The notes beneath the pieces were generated by a model. It was not told the origin of the DNA, did not search any database, and saw only the letters and a list, made by a program, of their open reading frames with translations. A stretch of DNA of 63,645 nt, counting the filler, from Asterionella formosa (taxonomy: Eukaryota): the NCBI GenBank assembly GCA_002256025.1. It is 20 parts of 20 records of this genome, joined end to end, with 100 filler letters (N's around TTAATTAATTAA, not from the genome) between each part and the next. Parts side by side here need not be neighbours in the genome. Positions count along the whole stretch, not along the records: positions 1 to 27,051 come from NKIB01001609.1; 19 more parts are not named here. One strand, given 5' to 3'. This document shows, one piece after another, positions 12,557 through 23,381 of this stretch (the stretch's first letter is position 1; each line of letters opens with the position of its first letter). The position numbers were made by a program, and so were the translations under genes.

Positions 12557-13473
12557 ATGTCAGCTGGCAACGCTCGATTGGCGAGCTCTTCACTCGAAAA
12601 CTTGAGATTCGAGATCTTACGGCTTCGAAGGAGCATATCTTGGGAGTTGGTGCGCATGGAAACTAATGAATCGCCTATGATGCAGTCAGATATCTGCTTT
12701 TTCCAAGAGGCAATAGGAGAAGGAAACTCCTGTAATCCTTTAGAACATAACAGATCACAATCTGTTTCAACCTGTGAGCATTCACTTGCGGAAAATTCTG
12801 GCAACGTGACATTTTTAAGCGAAAGCTTTATATCCATTTCGGATACGAGTGAGCCGTTTGAAGCTTCACAATCGGGTGATGATGACTTCACAGTCAGTTC
12901 GAACCTCATATCGCTGGGCGACTCTATGTGCATAGTTAATTGCGACCAGATACAGAATTCAAAAACCAGCAGAGGTGAAGGCAAGAAACGAAGGAAACCA
13001 GGCTCCCAAACTGGAGATAAAAGAGGGAAATACAATTGCAATAAGTGTGGCGAGAAATGCCTTCTATTTATCCTCGGCAGGTGGATACCTCACAATTGCC
13101 CATATTCTTTGGGCAAAACCAAATCCACCAGTTGCGATGCTTTCACCAACACTGACAGTAAATTCTGCTCAAACGCGCATTATTACTCTAAGTTTGTTCC
13201 ACGCCCATATATCCCACGCCTTTCAGACCATCCGTCGCCCACTGTGATGAGTGACAGTGTCGATGTATGGGCGAATCAGAGTTTGGAGGACTACAATTAC
13301 TACCAGCAGTCGGTGAAAGGAGTAAGTAGAACTCTGAAGATCCAAATTGATGGACATTTTTGTTCACTAATCAGCAAATCAAGTCCACAAACATGCAGGT
13401 GGCAGAATCGTCTATCGATCGCGACGCCAATCTCGGTTCCCACTCTGGCAACGAGGACACTGCTGCCGTATAG
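12557..13473 (+). CDS. Uncharacterised protein with the same motif (paralog B); probable intron 13322-13374 (unspliced ORF ends 13543)
   Basis: RGKYNCNKCG...IPHNCPY...CDAFTNT; gtaagt donor and ctaatcag acceptor give a short acidic C-terminal exon. Confidence 0.6.
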
Positions 13474-15492
13474 AAGGTTGGTGCGCTTGTGCTTGAGGCG
13501 TTTGAAAATATCAAACGCCTTTGGACTCGTGGGCATCAATTGATAATATACGTTATGACTGTTATCGATGGTTGACCTTGTCTCGTTATGATGGTCTCGC
13601 TTAAAGTATTGGAAAATAGGAATCTGAGAGAGTTGTCTCTCTTCTGTTCCTTGACTCCATATTGGCTAGAGAGGACATTTTTCAGATCTTTTCAACTTTC
13701 ACTCGTAACTTTGGTTGTTTTGAACCAAGAAAAAGTGAGTTACTTTCTGTGAGTCAATCCATGTGCTCTACTTACAACACAATATAATTCTATCTTCATT
13801 CTCCTGTATGCACAGATTTAAAAAAGGTATCATTGAGCTGTTTGGTCGATTTGCACGATTGCTCAAATATAGTTCTATTCTTTTATAAGCAAGCCCAGTC
13901 TGTTGTTCGATCTGATATCTTGATCAAGCGAAGGAAGCAGGGCCCGAGAAATATTTCTAGTACATTTAATGAAGCTAGACTTCTACATAATTCTCCCTTG
14001 TTGAAGGCTCTTGCGCAGCCTGTATGAGAATTTCCACAAGAAGGAAAAGGGATGCACATTCAATCAACTGGCGCCAACAATTCATCAGCTCACCATGGGT
14101 GTCCAAATTTGAAACATTTGAAATCGATCAGGATAATTTGTTCGAACGATTTGCCTGCGGTACATAGTCGGCGCAGGAGCATGGGAAGGTCCGGTAAAAT
14201 ACGTTTTTCACTTAGGAAAAGACAATGCTAAATATCTCGATTACTGGACCTTCCAAGGGTTGTTCAGCAATTTACCATACCGTACTTGAGCATGACATCA
14301 TGTATAGTTAGTTATACACATCATACCGGTACCTTTGTAAGCCAATTTCTATGTACCTGTACCTGGTATTTTGTAGGTAGCATGTTTAGGGGAAACCCGA
14401 ATCAATATTCAATATGAAGCGACTCGATTGCAAACAAATACCGGTATAACAGTTGGGGACTGCGGGATGATAATTACGTGCAAACACCAAGAATATCTTT
14501 CGCAAACATCTCAACACTTAATATATAGCTATATAGGCAATGGAAGATAGAATCAAAGAAACTGGATCAAGATGAAATCAATCGAATCTCAGCCACTCTC
14601 AACTTAACATTGTAGTAGGTCCGCTCCATCAGGAAGAAAGAAATAAGGGTACTACGGTGATTTGGCAAAGCCAATAGCACAACACGGTAGAATGGCCGCA
14701 TCAATAGCTAAACTGGGTAGGGGTCTCCAATAGTGACCTATTCAATAGCAATGGCTCATTCCAAGGAGGGTGGTTACAGGTACTAGTCATGCCAGAAAGA
14801 AACATAGAAAAACACCATAACCGCGTCAAGGATATAAGGCACAGATCCTGTGAATTCAAATATATTCGCAGTCTGGCTGGCCTAGAAACCAGAGTAGGTA
14901 ATTAGAAAAAAGTTGTGACAAATTCCTTTCAGCAGCTGTCTCTGTTTCTAAATTCTGTTGGACGTTGCGAGACAGTCGATCCTTTTCTAAAGTATATGAG
15001 CGCCCTGAGTTTGTAGCAAGAAGACATCGGCTTCATTACCTATCGTTCCCGACGGTTAGCGAACTGGCATATCGCAACCACCTCCATTGTACTACCTGCT
15101 ACAAAATCGAAGGCACCCATACCAAAGATGAAATATTGATATTACAGTCGAGCACATCAACCCCAAAGCAGGGTAGTTATTATCAGGCAGGATTTCACAC
15201 CATCAAGTATGGGAACTCAAGAGTCTGAAATACCGAACAACACTAAAATACCGAGTGGGTTGCAAAATCTGATACACCTATAGTATATATACATGTGGAT
15301 GATATGAACCGCCGGCGGGCGTCTCTTCTTTATAGCTAATCATTTGGATTCTCTGGCGACGAACGGCTTCGCACGAAAACCTGGGAAATTTCTAAGAGCA
15401 CAGATCATTCTGATTGAACGATTCAGTAAAAAAAACCTGCTCGTCAGAGCAAGGCTGTATTAGACGTTCAATCTTCCCTTTTTACCTCGTGC

Positions 15493-16153
15493 ATGGCAGA
15501 TAACAATCGGGGTAGCTCGTGGAGAGCTGACCCAGATGGAGACCCAAATGGGGCATTCATTATCAATTCTGTTCCAGGCATTGGCTATCCTGAAGTTGGC
15601 AAACAGGCTTCTGTTTCCGATGCAGATCCTTTGATTCTGGATCCATGCCTTGACTGCCAGGAAGGTGTCGAGTTTGGATTCGTCTACATTGCCCCCAATT
15701 CGATAGTTCGTGCCCCTCAGTCAGCAACTCGAGCTGATGCAGAATCACTTGAACTTCTCTTTATCGACGATGGCTTGCAAAAAAGGTTGTCTCGAGCATC
15801 GGAGGCTGCCACAGAACAAGCCATCAAGGACAGAGGAAAACATAAGAAAGCTGCAGCAGCCATGCCAAATAAAAATAAGAATGCCCCACGAAGGAAGAAG
15901 TAAGTCCTTTGATTCGTGTTGCCTGCCATGTCACTGTTTGCTATTATCATCCATTGGTGTAAGACCTCCCGACATGAAAACGAAGCAAACAAATACAGCA
16001 CTTCGTAAACGATGCGGCAGATGCAGGTTGTGGAAGACGACAGAATGCCAATGCACTCGTAAGACCAAGTCGAGAAAGAAAGACATCAAGTGCAGTGGGC
16101 TTTCCTTGAATGAAGGAGATGCAGAAAATGAAGATGATCCTGGTGTAAGTTGA
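15493..16153 (+). CDS. Two-exon uncharacterised basic protein with RKRCGRC...CQC motif (exons 15493-15899, 15964-16153)
   Basis: gtaagt...taag 64-nt intron fuses ORF 15493-15903 in frame with the 3' part of ORF 15710-16153. Confidence 0.65.
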
Positions 16154-16400
16154 AATATGCAGCTGTTCCTTGTGCGCTCAGAAAATTATCACTTATAGCC
16201 ACGTCAATTTTTTTTAAAACATCCACAGGAGCCATTGTTTGAGGACAATCACGTGCTGAATGTCAATCGTGACAACGATCCCGGTTAAGCCCGGTTCTGG
16301 AATCGGGCTTCCCAATTAACGATGCTCCTTTGTATGAAAATACTTGCAATCCAGATATTTTTGCCCTTAAGAGCGTTATGAAATGAAGAGAGAAGTGCTA

Positions 16401-16646
16401 CAAACTACTCTGTCGACGTGTTACCATGTGCTCCCTTTTTCCATTACGGATGTTTTTGGCTGGAAGCCCTGCTTGCTCGGGGTGAGGGGAAAAATACAAT
16501 GATTGTCCATTTTTCAACAAGTCTTGTTAGGGCTTTGAATGTGGAGGATCATTTTATTTTCCCCCTTCACCCCTAGAAAGGGCTTCCTGAAAAGAATCCG
16601 TGATGGATAGGGGGAGAACATGACAACACGTCGACAAAGTAGTTTT
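16401..16646. mobile_element. Foldback MITE (Stowaway/Tc1-mariner-like) flanked by TA
   Basis: caaactactctgtcgacgtgtt... pairs with ...aacacgtcgacaaagtagtttt; imperfect pairing over >100 bp per arm; TA at 16399-16400 and 16647-16648. Confidence 0.8.
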
Positions 16647-17519
16647 TAGGCCTTCACTAAAGTGTAAGCTTATTGCGTGAATCATGGGCACCACGAAGCA
16701 TTCAGATCTTACCTTGTCATCACATTTTTCACCAGATCAAATTAAAAGAAGAACGTTATTGTTGAGCTGTTTGGTTGTCTTTAACGACTGCTCAATGGTA
16801 ACAATTATCAATACAGGATTAGTAAACACAATCCAAGATTACTGCCAAGAAAAGGTAACCGCACGTGACTTGTATTCAGAAGTTGAGTCCATCGAACGCT
16901 CTCATACTGCAGGCTTTATTCCTTCTTTGCTTGTGGGCATTTGGTGCGACAAAAGAAAAAGTGACGTGAAAGAGTTTCCATCACAGTATCGTGGGATCTC
17001 ATCGTAAAAATGTATTGTCAAGTGGCAGATAGTGTATTTGCGTATAGTGTCCTTGGTATTACTCTATGTTGTACTGTTATGAGAAAGCGCCATCCCTGAT
17101 GCAAAAAAAAGATTGATAGACAACTACTATAAACTTTGAAGTACATAGAGTAAGATGCTCAACTTTTGTGGAATGACATATAAGAGTTTTATTTTTTCTT
17201 ATTTTTACCAAGCTGGTGGACTTGAGTCCAAAGTTTGAAGCCACTAAGTCAGACTTGAAGACAAATAACTAAGGCTGTTCCTCTAGTTATTACAATGAAG
17301 GCAGTTTTTATTATATAGATTTTATGTTTATAATGAATAGAGTTAAATACCAGTTTATAACTTACATACTAGTAGATTTAATGTAATTCGTGTTCGTGTT
17401 GACCAATTAATATTGTGACAAATGACTGGGTAATATAAAAAATATGTTTATTTATTTATAACTAACATAAAATTTATCAGAATATTTCAATACTTTCTTT
17501 TTGTGTAATTGTATCACTG

Positions 17520-17685
17520 CACGAGACTCTTTGATGCAAATTCAGAGAAGTCTACAACAACTTTCTTACCTGTTGCACTGTTAACAGTTACAATTTGGTC
17601 ATAAATGTATGACCAAATGGCCATTGTTGAGTTCTTGTGGAGAACACCAGGTGCATTAAAATAAGAGCATCGAATTTTTCCATTC
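17520..17685 (-). pseudogene. Relic of a PIF/Harbinger (DDE_Tnp_4) transposase
   Basis: GKIRCSYFNAPGVLH..STMAIWS.IYDQI...GKKVVVD..FASK matches the translation of 29785-29940. Confidence 0.85.
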
Positions 17686-18824
17686 AATACTTTGATCATG
17701 GTCAAGGCTGAGATGACATCATGGTGATGCAGCATATGCTCCAGCCGTTCACAACCTCTTTTTACCGTAGTTTTTTTACATATTACAAAGGATCGCATTC
17801 TTTCAGTAATTACATACCAGTGGCCATGGGGGTTACCTGGTATACTGCGATGATGATCCCAGACATACTAGTTAGTAACTACTATGATGCTGGTGCCGCC
17901 TGTTAGTTCTGAATTCAAATCCCAGCAACTTGTAAACCATACCGCAGAATAGGTAATCTCGATCACTTTGGCCAGCAACCAAAATAGTTTTTTGTTAGGA
18001 AAGATCAGTAAAATTGCATGCGTTTCCTGGCATTTGCTGACTTTTCCTGAAAGTCATTGTAATTTGCTGTTCTATCATTTTTGTGCTTTGGAAAAATTTC
18101 ATCATTTATTTCAGTGATTCGTGCTAACATCTCTACATATCATGACAAAAGGGCCTGTATTTTATCATTCTTTTCCTGGGTAAATAGGTACATTGAAGTC
18201 TACTGCAGGAAAACACTGCACTAGTACTCCCAAGTACCAACCAGGTAGACTATACATTATGAACATAAACTGATGATACAATCAATACAGCTGAACATAT
18301 TTTTGACTATTGATAATCAAGCAGAGAGTTGATGGTGAAACAGCTGTATATTTGAATATTTTGATTGCTACTAACCATGTGTAACTAAGTATTTGTGCCC
18401 ATCTCCTGTTTATGATTCTGGCATTGTAGTATATTTTGTAATATATTCAGAATGAATGCTAAAGGAAAATCATACTCTTAAACACATTAGGTCCATACTG
18501 ACCCACTGGTAGTACCAGTAGATGCAGCATGACTCAGGACATCAAGTCTATGTATATCACTATTGTGTTGGTATGTATTATGAAAATGAACCATTTTTCA
18601 ATTCTATCAATACTATTATGATGGCCACACATATACTGTTATATACCAAATAATAAATACTTTGTTTTGTTGCTCAATCTCATCTATCATTTGCATCATG
18701 CAGATTTTTTCATCTGCCATCAAGATAACCATGCATCAATCGTCATTGCTGTGGGCGCCAAGAAAGACTCAAGCATAATAGTAACGTACAAAGCATAAAT
18801 ACATGAAAACCCAGATAGATCAGG

Positions 18825-18990
18825 TACATACCGGTAAACTATTTTGTATTGCCTTATAGTAACTCATGTACCGGTAGCTGCTGTGCCAGGGTATGTAGGT
18901 ACCGGTACCTGGTCCTGGTACCTGTTTACCAGGTACTGGTATGTACCGGTTGTCTTACTGGACTTGGTACCAGGTACCAGGTACCTGGTT
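18825..18990. repeat. Low-complexity GTAC/ACCGGT/CCWGG palindromic tract upstream of NDUFAF7
   Basis: Dense taccggta, gtaccaggtac and cctggtacc words; similar tracts precede other genes. Confidence 0.7.
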
Positions 18991-19125
18991 CAAGGGATTA
19001 ATTATCATGCCGGGGTCTTATCTTAATATTTCCCCTCGTCAGCGATGCCATACACAGACTTTTGATGTGATCACATACAACCCAACTTTCCTCCAACAAA
19101 GACAGCACCACACTATCCCTACACC

Positions 19126-20307
19126 ATGATTCTTCGGCGCCACATTGGGAGGCGACTCGCCGAATATTACGCACAGCCCGCTAATCAAGTAGTTGGGACC
19201 ATTAGTACAGAGAGCGTCGATTTCCAAAGTATTTTGGGTGAATGGCATTGGAAACGAACCTACGGCAAACTCTATAAGGAGCAGCAAGGGCAATGGCTAA
19301 CCCCAGTGGAGCTCTTTAGGCCACACTACTCAAACGTTTTGGCGAATTTCATCAAAAAGGAAGCTGAGGGGATATCTGAATTTCACGTGGTGGAGCTTGG
19401 CGGCGGACGAGCGACCAATGCACGAATTATTTTAGACCGTCTGCAAGAGTCTCCAGATGTGTACGACCGAGTGACTTCCTACACAATTGTCGATGCCTCT
19501 CCAACACTGCACGAGTATCAAAAGAATTCATTACAAGATGGGAAGCACAGCCATAAGCTGAATTTCGTTTTACAGGACTTGACTCAAGTGGCCGAAGGGA
19601 AAGCCAACCTGTTATCGACCTCCAACGATCCCACAGTTGTCCTGGGCCTCGAGCTACTTGACAATTTGGCACATGACAAGATTCGACGGACGATCAGTGG
19701 AAAGTTGGAGCAAGCTGAAGTCACTACCGATAGCACGGGTCAGTTGATGGAAAACTTTGTTCCTCTGACCGACAAACTTCTCTTGCAATTGCTTAAGACA
19801 GTTCCAACAATGGGGTCCAGTCAACCTTTTTGGTTCCCCAGCGTCGCATGCGGAGTCTTGAAGCATATCTCTGATGTAAGACCTAATGGAATTATTTTAC
19901 TCGCAGACTTTGATTGGCTGCCTCAACCTGATCTTGATGGAGAAAGACCGCAACGAAAGTCCACATGGGCTGATGGAGAACCAATTGTTACTGATATGAA
20001 TGGGATTGACTATGAATGTTTCCTACATGCGCCTCCTCTTGTCGATATCCTCTTTCCAACCGACTTTCCAAAATTGGCCGCCTTTTTAAGAAAAACATGT
20101 ATTGGACAGAATGTTGTCACTGTCACTAAACAAGCGGATTTCTTGCATTGCTTTGGCGAGACGGATATCGACCTGACGAAGAGCTGGCTGAGTGGGTATA
20201 CGCCGTTACTCGAGGACTTTGGCAACTGCAGCATTTTGACTGTTTCAAAACGCGACACTGGTAAAGAAAAGATATCAAGAAGGAAGCCTGCCAATAAACC
20301 AACTTGA
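19126..20307 (+). CDS. NDUFAF7: NDUFAF7/MidA-family SAM-dependent methyltransferase
   Basis: WLTPVELF, VVELGGGRATNA, Y.IVDAS, LELLDNLAHD and DILFPTDF motifs; single exon. Confidence 0.8.
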   Translation: MILRRHIGRRLAEYYAQPANQVVGTISTESVDFQSILGEWHWKRTYGKLYKEQQGQWLTPVELFRPHYSNVLANFIKKEAEGISEFHVVELGGGRATNARIILDRLQESPDVYDRVTSYTIVDASPTLHEYQKNSLQDGKHSHKLNFVLQDLTQVAEGKANLLSTSNDPTVVLGLELLDNLAHDKIRRTISGKLEQAEVTTDSTGQLMENFVPLTDKLLLQLLKTVPTMGSSQPFWFPSVACGVLKHISDVRPNGIILLADFDWLPQPDLDGERPQRKSTWADGEPIVTDMNGIDYECFLHAPPLVDILFPTDFPKLAAFLRKTCIGQNVVTVTKQADFLHCFGETDIDLTKSWLSGYTPLLEDFGNCSILTVSKRDTGKEKISRRKPANKPT

Positions 20308-21106
20308 TGATGGGTGGTTGTTGCGAAAGGATTGAGCTCATTGTATGTTCAATGCTATTACCTATTGCTGGTGCTGCTTGCTCGGTCGATGGACGAACAC
20401 GAGACGGGAAATACATGCCAACATCGTCGTGGAATAAGCGATTAGTTCTTCCTGAAAAACGAGAGCAAAGCGCCTTTCTAGTATCGTTGTGATTTCAATT
20501 CTTCCTTATCGCAGTCCAAACTTTGAAACGGAGGCACAGCCCGGCGTGTCAGGACTATCATAGCATGAAGAGACCGGATTCCCTCAGAGTCAGACTGAGC
20601 GCACGTTGATAGTGAAACTAAAGAATGCGACTGCTTGTATCCTGGACGACACGTATTTGGATGCATCGAAAGTCATTTTATTTTGAGCTCAACAAGACGC
20701 ATAGAATCGAACATTGTCTTCGTCTACAAGTAGTGCGCAGTGTCAGGCGTCTCTACATAGGTTGTGTTCATCGTGGACGTTCGACTTGTAGGTTTAGAAA
20801 CCAGTATTGAGTTGTCAGGGCGCCTTATTTATCATACGTTGTGGTATAGACATAGTTACAAAGCATTATTCGACCACAGCTGCCCAAAAGGAGGATAATA
20901 ATCTTCAAACCTACAATGCAAGCTGTGAGAAGACACCAAAACGTTGGATGATGACCAAGAGTCATGCAAAGGAAGTCCAATTTTAAAGAAAGAGCGACCC
21001 TTCTGCTTTGCATTTATCGTCCCTTGTTAAAATTGCAATCAAAGATTTGAAAATATTCTCGTGCATGCAATTTCCTGCAGTGTGGAGTCTTAACACTTTT
21101 TTGCCG

Positions 21107-22810
21107 TCACTTTCGTACGGCGGTTACTGCTTTCAAAATCTTTCTTACTCCAGACGTCAACCCAACCTTTGCCATACCTTCTGCGTTCATCCATCGTATT
21201 TCACGACCTTTCCACGAGGCGGCACCAGCGGTGGTCTTCACCTGACTCGATTCAATCCACATAGTATGTCTAACATGCGAGAATACGTGTACCTCAGCCG
21301 ATGGCAGGGCAGTCCGCCTTTTGCTGGTCAGACCAAAGTCTATCATCAATGTATCCAGAGCCTTGCGACGGATACGCTCATCAATGACGGGCACATCTGT
21401 CTCCAACAGTTTTCTCTTGTCACCCGCCTTACGTTTGAATTTCGTTTGATCCGCACTGTCCCAGACGCATACAGATGGAAACTCCCATTGGCCTGCCAAC
21501 AAACCATCCTTTGGTCGCTTAACGAATAACCAAGAATCTCCACATGATATAGCCAGTACAGCCAATACTTCTTCTCGCTTTGATACTTTCGGAGGTGCAA
21601 GTGGAATACTTGCGTGGCCAAACGTGGAGCAATCAGTACCCCTTGGGGGTAAATCGGCAGAATTGTATCGATCGTTTAAATCTTCGAGGACAATCGCAAC
21701 AGCATTGGGATCACAAAGTGGACAAAGCTTTTTATTTCCGATAAAAGACATGTACCCCTCCACAGACAGACTTTCATACCCTTGTTTCGCCAGACGGTTG
21801 CGCTCCTCTCCAAAAGCAGCTCCAAGCTTTGTTGATCTATAGTAGTCTCGCAAGGGATCATCCTTATCCACGCCACTGCCACTTGGGGCACAAAAGGTCG
21901 CACCAAGTTCCATCAACGCCTGATTTACATTTCCGCATTCTCCATGACCCGCGTCCATGAGTTGCTGTGCCAGGATCCAACCGTGCTTGTCCTTGAGACT
22001 CGGTGCCTTGATGTGGTTGGCGATTCCTTGCAGACGGCTTAAAACACGACATACGTTGCCATCCACGACAGCAACCGGTTGATCAAATGCAATACTTGCA
22101 ATCGCATTGGCCGTATAGGGTCCAATTCCAGGAATAGTTAGCAATTGATCCACTGTGCTTGGAACACAACCCTTGTGATCGGCCACAACTGTTTGACTGC
22201 CCTGGTGCAACAACCTAGCTCGTCGATAAAACCCCAAACCAGCCCAATGGGCATTCACGTCGTCTTCGGAGGCAGATGCCAAGTCATGTACGGTAGGAAA
22301 CCGGGCCATCCATTTGAGATAAAAAGGAATGACGGCTTCAACTCGAGTTTGTTGCAGCATAATTTCCGAAACCCACACTGAATAGCCGGAAACGGGAATT
22401 ATTGCGCCCGGCGACGAATCGGTCTGTTCGATTTTAACTTTTGATTTCGGAAGGAAAAACGATTTAACCGTTGATTGATTCTTGTCCTGCTTTATTTTCT
22501 TGTTGTCTGCGGCGGTACTCCCATCGTAGGGTGGTGCATCTCCCCTCCAGGGAAGCTTTCGTCGATTGGTCCCATACCACGTGAGTAGGGCTTCGCGAAT
22601 GGCTTTTGCATTTTCAGGGGTGAATCGATGGTATTCTTCCGTTTCATGGGCTGCCCATTCGTAAAGTAAGGAGTTGGTGTTGAACGGTGCTGCCATGGTA
22701 AGAGCGACAGGATGATAAATGTGTCCACGGTTTTGACTGAGAAAACTGAAGGAGCGGGACGGTCGGAAGAGCAGCCAAGAACAAAGCAAAAGAGCCCAGT
22801 CTTTATTCAT
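21107..22810 (-). CDS. mutY: A/G-specific adenine DNA glycosylase MutY with C-terminal NUDIX-like domain and N-terminal targeting peptide
   Basis: RRKLPWR, Y.VWVSEIMLQQTRV, WAGLGFYRRAR, IPGIGPYTA, VDGNV.RV, NQALMELGA, GLLAGQWEFP and HVFSH motifs. Confidence 0.95.
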   Translation of the reverse strand: MNKDWALLLCSWLLFRPSRSFSFLSQNRGHIYHPVALTMAAPFNTNSLLYEWAAHETEEYHRFTPENAKAIREALLTWYGTNRRKLPWRGDAPPYDGSTAADNKKIKQDKNQSTVKSFFLPKSKVKIEQTDSSPGAIIPVSGYSVWVSEIMLQQTRVEAVIPFYLKWMARFPTVHDLASASEDDVNAHWAGLGFYRRARLLHQGSQTVVADHKGCVPSTVDQLLTIPGIGPYTANAIASIAFDQPVAVVDGNVCRVLSRLQGIANHIKAPSLKDKHGWILAQQLMDAGHGECGNVNQALMELGATFCAPSGSGVDKDDPLRDYYRSTKLGAAFGEERNRLAKQGYESLSVEGYMSFIGNKKLCPLCDPNAVAIVLEDLNDRYNSADLPPRGTDCSTFGHASIPLAPPKVSKREEVLAVLAISCGDSWLFVKRPKDGLLAGQWEFPSVCVWDSADQTKFKRKAGDKRKLLETDVPVIDERIRRKALDTLMIDFGLTSKRRTALPSAEVHVFSHVRHTMWIESSQVKTTAGAASWKGREIRWMNAEGMAKVGLTSGVRKILKAVTAVRK

Positions 22811-23381
22811 TCAATGCAAAATTTCAATAAGAGATGGAGGATTTCATACAATTGGACCATGAATCGCACATCAGCGTTCAGGAATATTATTACGGGAACT
22901 CAAAGTGACAGCAGTGATGATGTGGACAATGATGTGATCAGAACATGACGAACCAAAAGTTACAAAAAGAAAGACGGCACATAAATAAATACGTGTACAG
23001 ATATCATGCATATGATCATGATTTGATCGGAATCTTGCACTTGCCAACCTCGGCCTTGACGGACACTTTAAATATACCGGTACTGGTATCAATAAATTCA
23101 TCAATGAATATATATGAGGTAGTGCGCCATAAATGCAATCATCCGGCGGATGTATGATACCGGGTACTGCCAATGTGAGGACGTATCGACTGTGTGTTGG
23201 TATCTGAACGATGATACATCCTCATCATGGTACCAGCTACAAGTGCAGCTTTCATGAATCAATCTAAAACTACACTGCCGGTACATCTAATAAACTGAAA
23301 GGTACCTGATAGACTAGCTAAACAGTAATCGTCTCCCTCTCCGCATCGGCCTCCTTCCACAGAACAAATCCTTGTCATAAC

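Noticed and set aside
14400..15230. Possible LINE endonuclease relic
   Set aside because: Only scattered short motif hints in broken frames
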